Source: Mobula hypostoma (Eukaryota). Taken from it: a stretch of 64,000 bases of DNA. The position numbers were made by a program, and so were the translations under genes. Positions 1 through 14,367 of this stretch are shown here, piece after piece; the first letter of the stretch is position 1, and every line of letters begins with the position of its first letter. Under the pieces are notes generated by a model. It was given only the letters and a program-made list of their open reading frames with translations. It did not search any database and was not told where the DNA came from. The stretch covers positions 190,404,001-190,468,000 of the forward strand of contig NC_086097.1 of the NCBI RefSeq assembly GCF_963921235.1, read 5' to 3'.

Positions 1-169
1 GAAGGCCATTTGGCCCATCAAGTTTGTGCCAGATCCCAGGACAATCTCACCTCACTTGTTCCTGACATTTTTCTCACAACACTATCAATTATTTCCACTC
101 AAAATCAAGTATAGACAGTTATGAAATTGGGTTTGGATTCAGTAGGAGAGAAAAAACAGTTATTGTATC

Positions 170-370
170 AGCTCAATGGCCTTTCATCATCCACCTGGAC
201 CCAGTGACCTGTTTGAACATTTGCCATCCTTTCTGGTACTGCTTCCTTTTAAAGTGTTCACTCCAGGATTTCCAGTACTTTCCTAGTCACTGAGATTTTG
301 ACTGCATCTGCTTCATTGATACAGAGCAATGTCAAATTGTCATTTAATGTTTCACCAGTGCTTATGCCTC
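170..370 (-). mobile_element. Old, degenerate CR1 ORF2 fragment
   Basis: Minus-strand translation LNDNLTLLCINEADAVKISVTRKVLEILE*...KEAVPERMANVQ resembles the CR1 segment before KSPGPDG; it contains stops and frameshifts. Confidence 0.45.
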
Positions 371-1165
371 CAGGACCACATCATGTTTGTTTATTTATTG
401 AGATACAGCATAGAATAGGCTCTTCTAGCCCTTCGAGCTGCACCACCCAGCAGGACCCTGATGTAACCCCAGCTTAATCTCAGTTGCTTGTCCTTAATCT
501 GCCCTATCATTCTTCTATTACCATTCACAAGACTTTTGGATTTCCTTTTATGTTATCTGAAATTATCTTCTTGCTCTGTTTTGCCTGCTTTATTTTCCTT
601 TGTTTTAGGTTTCCCTCCCTGTTGGCTTTTGTATTCAGTCTGGTTCTTCTCCCGAGTTATTTAGTTGGCATCCATCATACATCTTTTTACCAATACATTG
701 TACTTTCTATCAGTTTTTTTTCCCCTTGTCATACTGGATTTGTCTTCTCTTTTCTTCTTCCTTTCTTTTTCAATCTTTTTTATTGAGCTTCAAATTGATA
801 AACGTAACAATGATAATGATACAAAGAGATCCCCTTTTCTTCTTTTGTGGGAATGAAGCTAGGTCATAGCAGAAGCATCTCCTCTAATTCAATTCCAGCT
901 TTCACGACAAATACCTGGTTCCACTTTATTGTGGCTATTGAAGTTATTGCTCCTCCAACTGAGGTCAATTTTAAACTTCTCCTTTCCCCTTTATCTTATG
1001 ATCAAATGATTACTATTACCGATGGTTCTCCTACTGAAGCTAAACCCAATTTCATTTGCCAGTACTAGATCCTTCAAAGAATTACTTCTCAATTGTCTAT
1101 GAGGATATTGATCAAGACTCTCTACAAAACTAGCATCCAGATGGTATCTCTTCATAATCTCTCCT

Positions 1166-1604
1166 AAGTTACAGAGAAAGGTTGAACAAGTTAGGTCTTT
1201 ATTCTTTGGAGCGTAGAAGGTTGAGGGGGGACTTGATAGAGGTGTTTAAAATTATGAGGGGGATTGAGAGAGTTGACGTGGATAGGCTTTTTCCATTGAG
1301 AGTGGGGAAGATTCAAACAAGAGGACATGAGTTGAGAGTTGAAGGACAAAAGTTTAGGGGTAACATGAGGGGGAACGTCTTTACTCAGAGAGTGGTAGCT
1401 GTGTGGAATGAGCTTCCAGAAGAAGTGGTTGAGCAATGTAAAATGTTGTCGTTTAAAGTTAAATTGGATAGCTATATGGACAGGAGAGGAATGGATGGTT
1501 ATGGGCTGAGTGCGGGTCGGTGGGACTAGGTGAGAGTAAGAGTTCGGCACGGACTAGAAGGGCCGAGATGGCCTGTTTCTGTGCTGTAATTGTTATATGG
1601 TTAT
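1166..1604 (+). mobile_element. CR1 LINE 3' fragment (ORF2 C-terminus and 3' UTR)
   Basis: LGLYSLERRRLRGDLIEVFKI...TRGH...FTQRVVAVWNELP, followed by the gggccgagatggcctgtttctgtgctgt 3' end and a (ttatatgg)-type tail. Confidence 0.93.
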
Positions 1605-1619
1605 AATTGTAGGAGACAT

Positions 1620-3385
1620 CAATCATGTTCACCGATAGGCAATTTTACCCAAATTCCACCAACATGTCACCGTGGCCACTAGGGGAATAAACCATGTTTA
1701 TACAGACAGACGTAGTACTTAAAAAGCTATTCTGTGCCCTCATCTTGGCTTCTCTGGCCTGGTTTGCATAATGTTAATCCCACCATACTGACTACAGCTG
1801 AAAATGTAGAAACCAGTCAAGGTGACCATCACTGTATGCCCTAATGAGGCAGTCTCTATGCTTCAAGACTGTTTGGAATGGACCATCTGGCAGATGCTCA
1901 AGGAAGCCGCTACAAGTGAAGAAGACCTCAAGGAGTATGCCTCATCTGTCACCAGCAACATTGGTGAATGTGTAGACAACATTGGTACCTCAAATATGGT
2001 CATTTCCTGGCCCAACCAGAAGCCCTAGCTGAAAGCAGACATGCACATCCTACTAAAAGCCCTAGATGCTGCCTTCAAGTCTGGGGACAGAAGAGCTCTC
2101 AGAGCAGCCGGAAGCAATCTCATCTTAGCATTAAGATGGCAAAGACCGAATACACAGAAAAAATTCAGGAACACATGTTCGATAACAAACCCTAGTATCA
2201 AAGACATTATTGACGATGTGAGGAGTAACAGTGTTAACTATACCAGAGACAACTTTTTTGGCATATTTTGAGGCATGCAACGCAATGCCAGCCACAAAAG
2301 CAACCCTCTCCCACTGTCACTGTCTGTAACAGCAGTAGATGTGAGAAGGACTCTGCAGAGATAAAACCCACATAAGGCTGCCGGGCTAGACAACATTCGA
2401 GGCTGAGTACTCTGGGAAATGCACAACAGTTCACTGACGTCTTCATGGACATCTTCAAAATATATTGGAGGAACTCAGCAGGTCAGGCAGCCTCCATGGA
2501 AATGAACAAATAGTTGATGTTTCAGGACTCATTGATTCTCTCAATGTCAGCAAAACAAAAGAGCTAGTCACTGATTCCTGTATACGTCGATGGTGTTTAG
2601 GTTGAGAGGAATGAAAGCTTCAAGTTGCTAGGAATGAACATTACTAATAACTTGTCCTGTCCAACCACATAGACACCATGACCGAGGAAGCTCACCGATG
2701 ACTCTACTTCCTTAGGAAGCTAAAGAAGTTGGTTCTGTTCCAGGTGACTCTTACCAATTTTAATCGACGTACCATAGAAAGCATGCTATATGGATACATA
2801 ACAGCTTGGTATGGTAACTGTTCTGCACATGACCACAAGAAACAGCAGAGTTATAGACACAGCTCAGCACATCACAGAAACAAGCCTTCTCTCCATGGAT
2901 TCTGTCCATACTTCATGCTGCCTCAGTGGGCAGCCAGCACAATCAAAGATCCCACCCATCCAGGTCATTCTCTCTTCTTCCCTCTTCCACTGGACAGAAG
3001 CTACTGAAGTCTGAAAGCAGGTACTACCAGGTTTAAGAACAGCATTATATGGATACATAACAACTTGGTATGGTAACATTAAGATGTAGGTTTAAGGACA
3101 GCATATACCCTGCTGTTATAAGGATTTTGAATGTTCCCGAGTAAGATGAGATGGTTTGTTGACCCCACAATTTACCTCAGTATGATTGTGCACCTTATTG
3201 TTTGAATACACTGTGTTTTCTCTGTTGCAGTTATATTTCATTGTGCATTCTGTTATTGTTTTACCTTGATTTACCTCAATGCACTGTTTAATGATACGAT
3301 ATGTACGAACAGTATGGAAGACAAGGTTTTCATTGTACTCAAGTACATGTGACAATAATAAACTGATTCTGGTTCCTATTCCACT
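1620..3385 (+). mobile_element. Degenerate Rex/Babar-type LINE with internal deletions
   Basis: LQDCLEWTIWQML...EYASSV...ECVD...PNQKP*L, a KAAGLDNI-like segment, RLYFLRKLKK and TIESMLYGYITAWYGNC; aataaactgattctg tail; many stops. Confidence 0.8.
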
Positions 3386-4334
3386 ACTGCCCAGTTGAAT
3401 TTCATCTTGATTTACTTGGCACAATGCTTATAACCAATTCAATATGGTTCTTTCAAATACCCTTATTACGCTGGAAAAACTCAGATAAAGCAATAAAGGT
3501 CTCATTCAAATCTAAAACACTTCTGCCTTGAATAGCTCAGTATCGCTGATCTGCTGGACCTGTAGAAAACTCAGTATGATTTTCCATTCTACATTAAGAT
3601 GTAGGTTTTTTTTTATTAGCAACGACTAAAGCTGTAAACTCACGAAGTGCCCTGCATCATAAGTAAAGGCTGCTAAAGATCCAAAATGGGAAATTAAGGC
3701 CTGTTGAAAGCAATTTTGACCTTAGAGACAAATTAGCTATAGTAACATATCCTGCAGTAAAATAGAGATTTTTGCTGAAGTCTGACCTATTAAAGGCTTA
3801 GGTAACTTAAAATATTTAAAATATAACCCCATTACTGAACTGCTCCCTCAAACTATGGACTCAGGTTCTCAATATTTATTGCTTATTTATTTATTATTAT
3901 TTCATTTTTTTCTTTTGTATTTTCATAGCTTATTGTCTTTTGCACACTGGTGTCTGCACTGATGGGTTCAGCCTTTTGTTGATTCCATTATAGTTTTTGG
4001 ATTTATTGAATATGCCCACAAGAAAACAAATCTTAGGTTTGTATACGGTGACATATATGTACTTTGATAATAAGTTAACTTTGAACTTTGCACTTTGAAA
4101 AGTAATGGTTATCCAGGAATAATTTACTCTCAAATTCTTTTCTGTTATCTCTGTAGCTTTGGATGGAGTCTTCAGCTAATCACATCAAAGATATGATAAA
4201 TTTGTGGAGCTAAACACTGAGCTCCAAATAATTGACATTTTCTGGCTGAAGCTGTCTGCATAGTGAAATATTTTCCTTCTTTGTGATTGGGAGCTCGATT
4301 GCTTTGCTACAGAATACTTCATTATTATAGCTCG

Positions 4335-7110
4335 ACAGAGACATGGCTCCAGGGTGACCAAGGATGGGAGCTCAACGTTCAGGGATATTCAATATTCAGG
4401 AGGGGTGGCGTTGCTGGTTAAAGAGGAGATTAATGCAATAGAAAGGAAGGACATAAGCCAGGAAGATGTGGAATCGATATGGGTAGAGCTGCATAACACT
4501 AAGGAGCAGGAAACGCTGGTTGGAGTTGTGTACAGGCCACCTAACAGTAGTAGTGAGGTCGGGGATGGTATTAAACAGGAAATTAGAAAAATGTGCAATA
4601 AAGGAACAGCAGTTATAATGGGTGACTTCAATCTACATGTAGATTGGGTGAACCAAATTGGTAAAGGTGCTGAGGAAGAGGATTTCTTGGAATGTATGCA
4701 GGATGGTTTTTTGAACCAACATGTTGAGGAACCAACTAGAGAGCAGGCTATTCTAGACTGGGTTTTGAGCAATGAGGAAGGGTTAATTCGCAATCTTGTC
4801 GTGAGAGGCCCCTTGGGTAAGATTGACCATAATATGGTGGAATTCTTCATTAAGATGGAGAGTGACATAGTTAATTCAGAAACAAAGGTTCTGAACTTAA
4901 AGAGGGGTAACTTTGAAGGTATGAGATGTGAATTAGCTAAGATAGACTGGCAAATGACACTTAAAGGATTGACGGTGGATATGCAATGGCCAGCATTTAA
5001 AGATTGCATGGATGAACTACAACAATTGTTCATCCTCGTTTGGCAAAAGAATAAATCAAGGAAGGTAGTGCACCCGTGGCTGACAAGAGAAATTAGGGAT
5101 AGTATCAATTCCAAAGAAGAAGCATACAAATTAGCCAGAAAAAGTGGCTCACCTGAGGACTGGGAGAAATTCAGAGTTCAGCAGAGGAGGACATGGGGTT
5201 AATTAGGAAGGGGAAAAAAGATTATGAGAGAAAACTGGCAGGGAACATAAAAACTGACTGTAAAAGCTTTTATAGATATGTAAAAAGGAAAAGACTGGTA
5301 AAGACAAATGTAGGTCCCCTACAGACAGAAACAGGTGAATTGATTATGGGGAGCAAGGACATGGCAGACCAATTGAATAATTACTTTGGTTCTGTCTTCA
5401 CTAAGGAGGACATAAATAATCTTCCAGAAATAGTAGGGGACAGAGGGTCCAGTGAGATGGAGGAACTGAGGGAAATACATGTTAGTAGGGAAGTGATGTT
5501 AGGTAAATTGAAGGGATTAAAGGCAGATAAATCCCCAGGGCCAGATGGTCTGCATCCCAGAGTGCTTAAGGAAGTAGCCCAAGAAATAGTGGATGCATTA
5601 GTGATAATTTTTCAAAACTCGTTAGATTCCGGACTAGTTCCTGAGGATTGGAGGGTGGCTAATGTAACCCCACTTTTTAAAAAAGGAGGGAGAGAGAAAC
5701 CGGGGAATTATAGACCGGTTAGCCTAACGTCGGTGGTGGGGAAACTGCTGGAGTCAGTTATCAAAGATGTGATAACAGCACATTTGGAAAGCGGTGAAAT
5801 CATCGGACAAAGTCAGCATGGATTTGTGAAAGGAAAATCATGTCTGACGAATCTCATAGAATTTTTTGAGGATGTAACTAGTAGAGTGGATAGGGGAGAA
5901 CCAGTGGATGTGGTATATTTGGATTTTCAAAAGGCTTTTGACAAGGTCTCACACAGGAGATAAGTGTGCAAACTTAAAGCACACGGTATTGGGGGTAAGG
6001 TATTGATGTGGATAGAGAATTGGTTAGCAGACAGGAAGCAAAGAGTGGGAATAAACGGGACCTTTTCAGAATGGCAGGCAGTGACTAGTGGGGTACCACT
6101 AGGCTCAGTGCTGGGACCCCAGTTGTTTACAATATATATTAATGACTTGGATGAGGGAATTAAATGCAGCATCTCCAAGTTTGTGGATGACACGAAGCTG
6201 GGTGGCAGTGTTAGCTGTGAGGAGGATGCTAAGAGGGTGCAGGGTGACTTGGATAGGTTGGGTGAGTGGGCAAATTCATGGCAGATGCAATTTAATGTGG
6301 ATAAATGTGAAGTCATCCACTTTGGTGGCAAAAATAGGAAAACAGATTATTATCTGAATGGTGGTGATTAGGAAAAGGGGAGGTGCAACGAGACCTGGGT
6401 GTCATTATACACCAGTCATTGAAAGTGGGCATGCAGGTACAGCAGGCGGTGAAAAAGGCGAATGGTATGCTGGCATTTATAGCAAGAGGTTTCGAGTACA
6501 GGAGCAAGGAGGTACTACTGCAGTTGTACAAGGCCTTGGTGAGACCACACCTGGAGTATTGTGTGCAGTTTTGGTCCCCTAATCTGAGGAAAGACATCCT
6601 TGCCATAGAGGGAGTACAAAGAAGGTTCACCAGATTGATTCCTGGGATGGCAGGACTTTCATATGAAGAAAGACTGGATGAACTAGGCTTGTACTCGTTG
6701 GAATTTAGAAGATTGAGGGGGGATCTGATTGAAACGTATAAAATCCTAAAGGGATTGGACAGGCTAGATGCAGGATGATTGTTCCCGATGTTGGGGAAGT
6801 CCAGAACAAGGGGTCACAGTTTGAGGATAAAGGTGAAGCCTTTTAGGACTGAGGTTAGGAAAAACTTCTTCACACAGAGAGTGGTGAATCTGTGGAATTC
6901 TCTGCCACAGGAAACAGTTGAGGCCAGTTCATTGGCTATATTTAAGAGGGAGTTAGATATGGCCCTTGTGGCTACGGGGATCAGGGGGTATGGAGGGAAG
7001 GCTGGTGCAGGGTTCTGAGTTGGATGATCAGCCATGATCATTATAAATAGCGGTGCAGGCTCAAAGGGCCGAATGGCCTACTCCTGCACCTATTTTCTAT
7101 GTTTCTATGT
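4335..7110 (+). mobile_element. CR1 LINE, nearly complete ORF2 (APE endonuclease and RT), defective
   Basis: Endonuclease motifs GGVALLV, VYRPPN, MGDFN, LDWVL, DHN; RT motifs KSPGPDG, NYRPVSLTS, DFQKAFD, GVPxGSVLGP, KFVDDTK; frameshifts near 5200 and 6365, stops at 5961 and 6776; (tttctatg)n tail. Confidence 0.97.
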
Positions 7111-7447
7111 TAGTAGAGAAAAATGTAACATATGCAGAGCTGTCAAGTTCCAGAAATAAATTTTAGAGGTTATAAGGCATGGTAAAGCAAACACTAATGC
7201 TAGTCCTTAATGCATGTGCCTTATGAATGCATTTTATCCCTTACAATTATTACTGCCATTTATTTTACTACAAAGATTTTCAGTGTACCAAGGAGATGAT
7301 AGATGAAAAATTCTGCTACCTCGAAAATATGAAATTTACATGTTAAAATAATTGATTACATGCTTTTGGAATTTACTTTGTATGGTAAAATGCCAATTTT
7401 ATATTTTTGTGCGTGATTCAATAATTTAAAAACAATTCAACATATCA

Positions 7448-7803
7448 ATGTGCATCTGTAGTTGTGAACTTCCCACCTATTCAGGACATTTACAAAGAAA
7501 GATGTGAGAAAAGAGCCTGAAGTATAATTGGGGACCCACATCACCCCAACCACAATCTATTCCAGCTGCTACCATCTGCGAAATGGTACCGCAGCATAAA
7601 AGCCAGGACCAACTGGTTCCAGGACAGCTTCTTTCACCAGGCCATCAGACTGATTAACTCATGCTGATTTGAGTGTATTTCTATGTTACATTGATTGTTC
7701 CATTTATTATAAATTAATATGATTGCACATTGCACATTTAGCTAGAGATGTAAAGATTTTTACTCCTCATGTATGTGAAGGATGTAAGAATTCAATTCAA
7801 ATT
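7448..7803 (+). mobile_element. Rex/Babar LINE 3' fragment
   Basis: Closely similar to 15965-16343 and 18795-19170 (cagcataaaagccaggaccaac...ccaggccatcagactgattaa); (aattc)n tail. Confidence 0.85.
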
Positions 7804-8399
7804 CTGTAATATATGAATTATTATAAATAATATTAGAATTGTGCAATTATAAGGAACATTGGAAAAACAGACAAGATAACAATTGAAACTCTTACAGTCC
7901 AGAGGAACTTAAGTTTTAAGTCCATGGTTGAGCTAGTTAATTTGTAACTACTTACAGCTAGCCAGCCTGCACATCAGATTTCAAGGCAATTAGAACAGCA
8001 GAAGAAATTGTACTAGGTTCCAAGTGCCTATAATACCCTTCATTTAATCTGACATAATTATCATTTCCACTTCTACTAAAATCATAGTGTGTGACAAATT
8101 AATAGCAAAATACAAGCATCTTGTCACACTGGTTAAAAGAAATTTCAATTCAGCAAACACTGCCAAGTTTCCAAGTCCAGAAAAAAATTCCTTTCATCTT
8201 ACCTTTAGATTTACTGAAGCTGAATATTTTGGTTATTGGTTCTTGTCACATTCCCATGTCATACTGTGAGATTGCTAACCTGTCAGAAATGTTATCTTTC
8301 CCTTATGATATTGAACCAAAGTCCATCCATCCTCTCAAGTGCCGATAAAAGAATTCAGACAATGATTAAAAAAAGGAGTACGGAAGTTCTACTCGTTGA

Positions 8400-8600
8400 A
8401 AAGCAAAAATCTGAAGATGCTGGAACTATCTAGCAGGTCAGGTAACATCCATAGAGAGAAAATGTTTCATGGCAATGAGTTTTCATCAAAAAAGCTCAGA
8501 CTCAACAAATGTTCAAAGGTCATTGGTGTGAAACATTAACTCTGCCTCTCTCTCAACAGATGCTGAGCGTTTCCACCATTTTCTGTTTTCATTTTGGAAT
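8400..8600. mobile_element. Inverted pair of old Penelope-type terminal fragments
   Basis: ctgaagatgctggaact...agcaggtcaggtaacatcc...atgtttca on one arm and tgaaacattaactctg...gatgctg...ccattttctgtttt on the other, in opposite orientation. Confidence 0.55.
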
Positions 8601-11309
8601 TCTGAAATATTTATCTAGAACCAACATCATTGTATCATGACTGTTTGTGCACAAATTCTCAATGTGCCTTCTTGCATTACAGCACTGATTATATGGACTG
8701 AATTACTGTTTATTTTCTTTTACACTCTCAGGCCCTTTGGCCTATCAAGTCTGTGCTGAGCATCAATTAACTATTTTTACACTAATGGTTCACCATTCCC
8801 ATTTTATTCTTCCTGCATTCCCATCAACTCTCACCCATTTCCACCATTTATTTACACACTGAGGACAATTTACAATAGCCAGTTAAGCTACCAACCCATG
8901 GAAGATCTGGAGGAAACCAACGTTGTTATAGGGAGAATGTGCAAACTCCACATTGACAGCACCAGATGTCAATATTCATCCGAACAGCACCTCAACTAGC
9001 TGTGCCACTGTGCTGGTCAGATTCTATTGCTGTGTGTCATGAAACACACTACGTAGATGCAAGTTTGCTTTTTAAAGTTAAATACAGGGCAGCCAATCAA
9101 CCACTGAAACTTGAGACTCTTAACACAATGAAAATACAAACATGGCTAAAGTTTGTCTGCTCCAGGCTGCAAAACTTGCAGCCTAGAGATCATAGATGGC
9201 AAGAACATACATGCTGCTCCTGATGGCTTCATAATAATATCACCTTTATTTCACTATGGTATTCTCCTCAATCAACTGTCAAATTGGAAAGCCAAGTCCT
9301 GTGCAATCTCTAAAAGTAGTATCTGTATATTCAAAAATATATTTGCTGAAGTTTAACTTAAACAGCTACATAACAGAGGACTTTCAATCTATGGGCAGTC
9401 CCCAGGGATGTACATTAAGACTCTCAGATTCTCAGCTTGGTGAAGGACATAGCTTGGTCTTCCCAAAACTTGTTGGACTTTCAATGTAATAAGTTTGGCC
9501 ACAGGCAAATGTTTTGGACCTGCACATTCCAAGGTGAAGGAGTACATGCTGAATGATGCAGTGAAGTTCAGTGCAACCAGCCAAAGGCTCTGTGCAGGGA
9601 TATCACAGTTTAGAATCCTGCTGAACCTAATGAGGGGTTGGGTCTATGTAACATCACCTCAAACACTACAACTGCACATTGCTTCTGGAAACGTGAATGG
9701 CATTGACACATTGCCAGATAATTCAATGAATGTAGAGATGGGGACAGCTTGTATTTACAGTGTATTTAACTGCTTGGAAAGTGCATCAGAAAACCATGTT
9801 TGAGCCTTTCTGTTTGTACAGGGAGGCCAGACCAACACATAGGCATATATTCACAAATTGGTCTGGAAAGGGATTCAACTAGAATCTTATTTCTGAAAAG
9901 AAAAAGACAATGTGGGAATAAGTTTACAGGGGAACAAAAAGTCTAATGCTGATAATTTCAAATGGTATTGGTGTAAGTTTTCAAATTTATCACAACTGAG
10001 AATAAAAAAACTGTTATGCCCCCCTTCAGAATGCTTGGAGCTGAACCATTCTCCCTGAAATCGAAAAGTCAGCAGATTACTTCTTAGAATAGATTAACAG
10101 TTTTTTAAAGAAAGGAATATTTTATATTGTCCATTGGAGATTTATTAGCAGAAGTACTTGACAATAAGAAGCAAAAATCATCCTTTTAGATAATTGTAAT
10201 GAAAAACATCTGGAGTACATGTAAACTACACAGTGACACAGACGAGTCTTGTTACTTCACCTTCCACAGATATTAGACTATTATTTTCCCGAAATTAAAC
10301 TACATGTGCTCTATAAACAACAAAAAATGAACAAAGAGTGGCAAGATGTTTTTTCAATATCATAAAAAACTGATTTTTGCCATATTTTCTTTATGATCCA
10401 ATATATGTTCTGGTCCCATTCTGTCTTATTTTCTGTTTAACCACGAACAACTACTTATTTTAATGACAAAGGCATTTGGGCAGGAGTGTGCTTCATTTAA
10501 TGCCTAAAACAAAATATTATCCATGTTTGACTGGGCACAGTAGTGCTAGAAGATGCAATGGTATGATTCAACTACTTTGTCTGATATTCATAAATAAATA
10601 AAGTGAGACAGTAAGGATTAGTACAGATGAGTTCTTGATGGTTGGATGAATTAATTGGTTTTCTTCTGTGCTGTTTCATTTTATGACTCCATGACCAGAC
10701 AACAGAAAGATTATTTTACAAAAGTAGCACATTACATCATCAAAATAGGATTATAATGTTGTTCGGTTTAAATTATACTGCAATCAGACTGGGCCAAACA
10801 GTCTGAAAAGCTGCGTGATTTATTTCAAAGATATAGTTTCTGATACAAGCTTCAGCCCTCATATGCATAATTTATTTGCAGATTTTCAGGAAAGTTTCCA
10901 GAATTAAACGTTTGCCAAACCAAATCCACCAAACGAAAGTGCTGTGGGTAAATAGTTGATTTCAATCTGGCATCAATGAAGTCAATGCAGAACAGACAAT
11001 ACGATTAACCTCAGCATTCCTAGAAGAGGGAGAAAAGAAAATATTATACTTAATAAAGACTCAGTTGTGCCCATTGGTTCATCAGGTAATATATTTCATA
11101 TTTTGATTATGGGACTCCTCTTCAACACTTCTCATTGAATCAAGGATGTAAAGTGGTCTGAACCTAAAAGGTCCTGGCAGAACTCAAGTTAAGCATTAGT
11201 GAAGAAGTTATTGTTGAGTTAGTACTGTCAACAAAACCGTGTATAATTATTTTTCTGACATTTCAAGAATTGTTAGTTGTATTTCATTGTCTTGAACTTT
11301 GTGTAAAAG

Positions 11310-11765
11310 ATAATAATAACTTTATTCAGAGAGCACTTTTCATACAGATGATCTAGTTCAAAGTGTTTTACAAGGGGATAAAAGTACAGACATAAAAAGA
11401 AAAGACAAAATGTTGTTAGTTAAAAGCAAGGTTAAATAAATACTGTAGGTGTTGAGTAGGTGTTTAAAAGTGTCAGTTATGTCTCCATCTGTTATAGTTT
11501 TAGGTATTGAATTCTACAGATTAGGAGCATAGTTCAAAAAAAAATCAGACCAGCCGATTATCTTTTGAGGGAGATTGCAGTGGAAGAAGATCTGAGAGCT
11601 CGATGGGGTTATGAAACCAAACGATGCTATGATGTACTCCAGTCCCAGACCATTCAGAGCTTTAAAAACAACCAAGAAAACTTTGAAATCAACTCTAAAA
11701 GATACTGGAAGCCAATGTAGAGCAGCTAGTATGGGAGTGATATCTTTCCTAATCTTGGTTTTGGT
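11310..11765 (-). mobile_element. L2 LINE 3' fragment
   Basis: DITPILAALHWLPVSFRVDFKVFLVVFKALNGL is the typical L2 ORF2 C-terminus; tail reads ...aataaagttattatta on the minus strand. Confidence 0.88.
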
Positions 11766-13364
11766 TAACAATCTTAAAAGATATACTTGGCAATTTCCAC
11801 ATTGACAGATTTCTATAGTAGCTGTACTGGAATACCTGAATTAGAGATGAGGCAGCACTGCAGCCATAATACTGCCGAGGCCCATCACTTGTGATGCATC
11901 CAGCTCTCACGGCTGTTTCTTGATATCATATAAAGTGAAATAATCAGCATAAATTACCCTCTGTGATGGTAAGGCCCTTCAGAAAGGGGCAAAAGTGAAT
12001 CATCTACTTAGCATATGTGATTGAGAGGGATTGCAAATGCTTCATTTGTATTCACTTACCATGCACCAATACCACTGAAGATTTACTGTAGTTACTCATG
12101 AAGTATTTTGCTTATATCATTTGCTCAACTGTTCACCAAATTCCATAATTCACATGGTTTTTATGTTGTAAGGGACTACTTAGTCCTTCAAGCCTATCCT
12201 GGCATCAAAGCAATCCCATTCTACCATCTATTTCCCTCTTGCATATTCTTTCACCCACCTAAAGTACCAACTAGTAAGTTTTTGGGATGTTTGGGAAAAG
12301 TAGAATTCCCAGAAAAACCCATGAGATCAAAGGAAGAATGTGCAAATTCCACACAGTCAACAAAGGTGGTCAGGATCAAACCCGGGTTGCCGGACAGGTG
12401 ATAACAGCACTACAAACTGTACCTCTGGGCACCACAGTTAGCAACTGGATGTAGCAAGAATGCACAACTTTAATGTGATCCATTCATTAGTTGTGTTTCT
12501 GCTGCTTTTCTGTTTATCATGCCTGTTGTCACACAACATAGCTTCACCAGGTCATAAACAAAGTGATTAGGAGCAGGAATAGGCTACTGAGAAGGGCGCT
12601 CTATTCAAAATGGCTGAAGATCCAAATTCAGCTCCAAATCTCTTCACACAAAAAGTGATAAGCCTGTTGAAGGAACATGCCATAGATGCCGCCTGGCCTG
12701 CAGAGTTCCTCCAGCATTTTGTGTGTGTTGCTTGGATTTACAGCATCTGCAGATTTTCTCATTTGTAATTTGAGCTCTCCTGACATTGTGCGATACACCC
12801 TGGCAGAGCAGACTTAATGGGCAAAACTCTGCTTCCATGTCTCATGGTCCATCAAAGCATATCTTCACTCCTCACTCAACCAGATTTAGTGTTGGCTTAA
12901 CTGCAGAGGTGAAGTGAGGCACACCATGGAGCAGGAGATTAAAGTTTGTGGTTGCTTACATTACTGTTGCTGCTGATGGCCAATACTGTCTCATGATTGC
13001 CCAGTTTTTAGTTAGCAGGTCAATTTTGAATGAATTTCAATTAGCATGATGCTCATGTATTACAATATGATGGATAGTGCCTCTGTGTAAAAATAGTAGA
13101 TAGCTTCTTCAAGAATTTCATGGTGGCCACCCCTACCAATGCAGTCAAGGACAGATAGATTGATAACATGTGAGTGAGGATGAGGTTAAAATATTATCAT
13201 TACCACATGGTCTACCTTGTGATGGTCAGTGAAGCTGTCATCCAGAGAGCTATCTATATCCTTGCCTCTTCCAAATCTAGTTCACCCTGAGTAACATTAA
13301 TTGATCAGCTGTGGGAGGAGGATGTTACATGTTCATTAACAAGAGGTTTTTTTGCCTACATTCA

Positions 13365-14220
13365 GCTGATTCAGGAACAGCTTCTTCCCCTCTGCTTATC
13401 CGATTCCTAAGTGGACTTTGAACCCAAGAGCACTACCTCACTTTTATTATTTCTGTTTGTACACTATTTTTAATTTAGCTACTTAATATACATATATATA
13501 CTTACAATAATTGATTTACATTTTTTCTATGTTTATCCTGTTTTGCAATGATTTGCTGCCGCAAAGTTAACAAACTTCACGACAAACAGCTGCACAGGTT
13601 GACTCTGTGGTTAAGATGGCATATGGTGTATTGGCCTTCATCAATCGTGGAATTGAATTTAGGAGCTGAGAGGTAATGTTGCAGCTATATAGGACCCTGG
13701 TCATAGAAACCATAGAAAGGGTGCAGAGGAGATTTACAAGGATGTTGCCTGGATTGGGGAGCATGCTTTATGAGAATAGATTGAGTGAACTCAGCCTTTT
13801 CTCCTTGGAGCGACGGAGGATGAGAGGTGACCTGATAGAGGTGTATAAGATGATGAGAGGCATTGATCGTGTGGATAGACAGAGGCTTTTTCCCAGGGCT
13901 GAAATGGTTGCCACAAGAGGACACAGGTTTAAGGTGCTGGGGAGTAGGTACAGAGGAGATGTCAGGGGTACGTTTTTTACTCAAAGAGTGGTGAGTGCGT
14001 GGAATGGGCTGCTGGCAACAGTGGTGGAGGCGGATACGATAGGGTCTATTAAGAGACTTTTGGATAGGTACATCGAGCTTAGAAAAATAGAGGGCTATAG
14101 GTAAGCCTAGTAATTTCTAAGGTAGGAACATGTTTGGCACAAGTTTGTGGGCCGAATGGCCTATATTGTGCGTAGGTTTTCTGTGTTTCTATATGCCAGT
14201 GATATTAAACCTGATTTTGA
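13365..14220 (+). mobile_element. Rex/Babar 3' UTR fragment split by a 5'-truncated CR1 (~13586-14191)
   Basis: The Rex tail ...cttcacgaca|tatgccagtgatattaaacctgatt is interrupted by CR1 ORF2 C-terminus (ERVQRRFTRMLPG...TRGH...FTQRVVSAWNG) and its 3' end. Confidence 0.88.
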
Positions 14221-14367
14221 TTACGTTAGTCTTGACTTGCTGATTTAGGGACTTGCAAGTCATTTATTCCTGACTGCCTACAATTATGCTGTCACCTCTG
14301 TAGGACTGAGTGATAGGAAGAACAGAGTTTGTGAAGCAAGAGTCTGAGAAATACAGTATTATTGTTA

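Noticed and set aside
484..786. 100-aa hydrophobic ORF resembling a membrane protein
   Set aside because: It arises from T-rich sequence within decayed antisense repeat, has a TTG start and shows no recognisable motif.
8203..8279. Minus-strand AG/GTAAG-bounded segment with an in-frame TGA (selenocysteine idea)
   Set aside because: All three frames contain stops; there is no SECIS evidence or homology, so chance is more likely.
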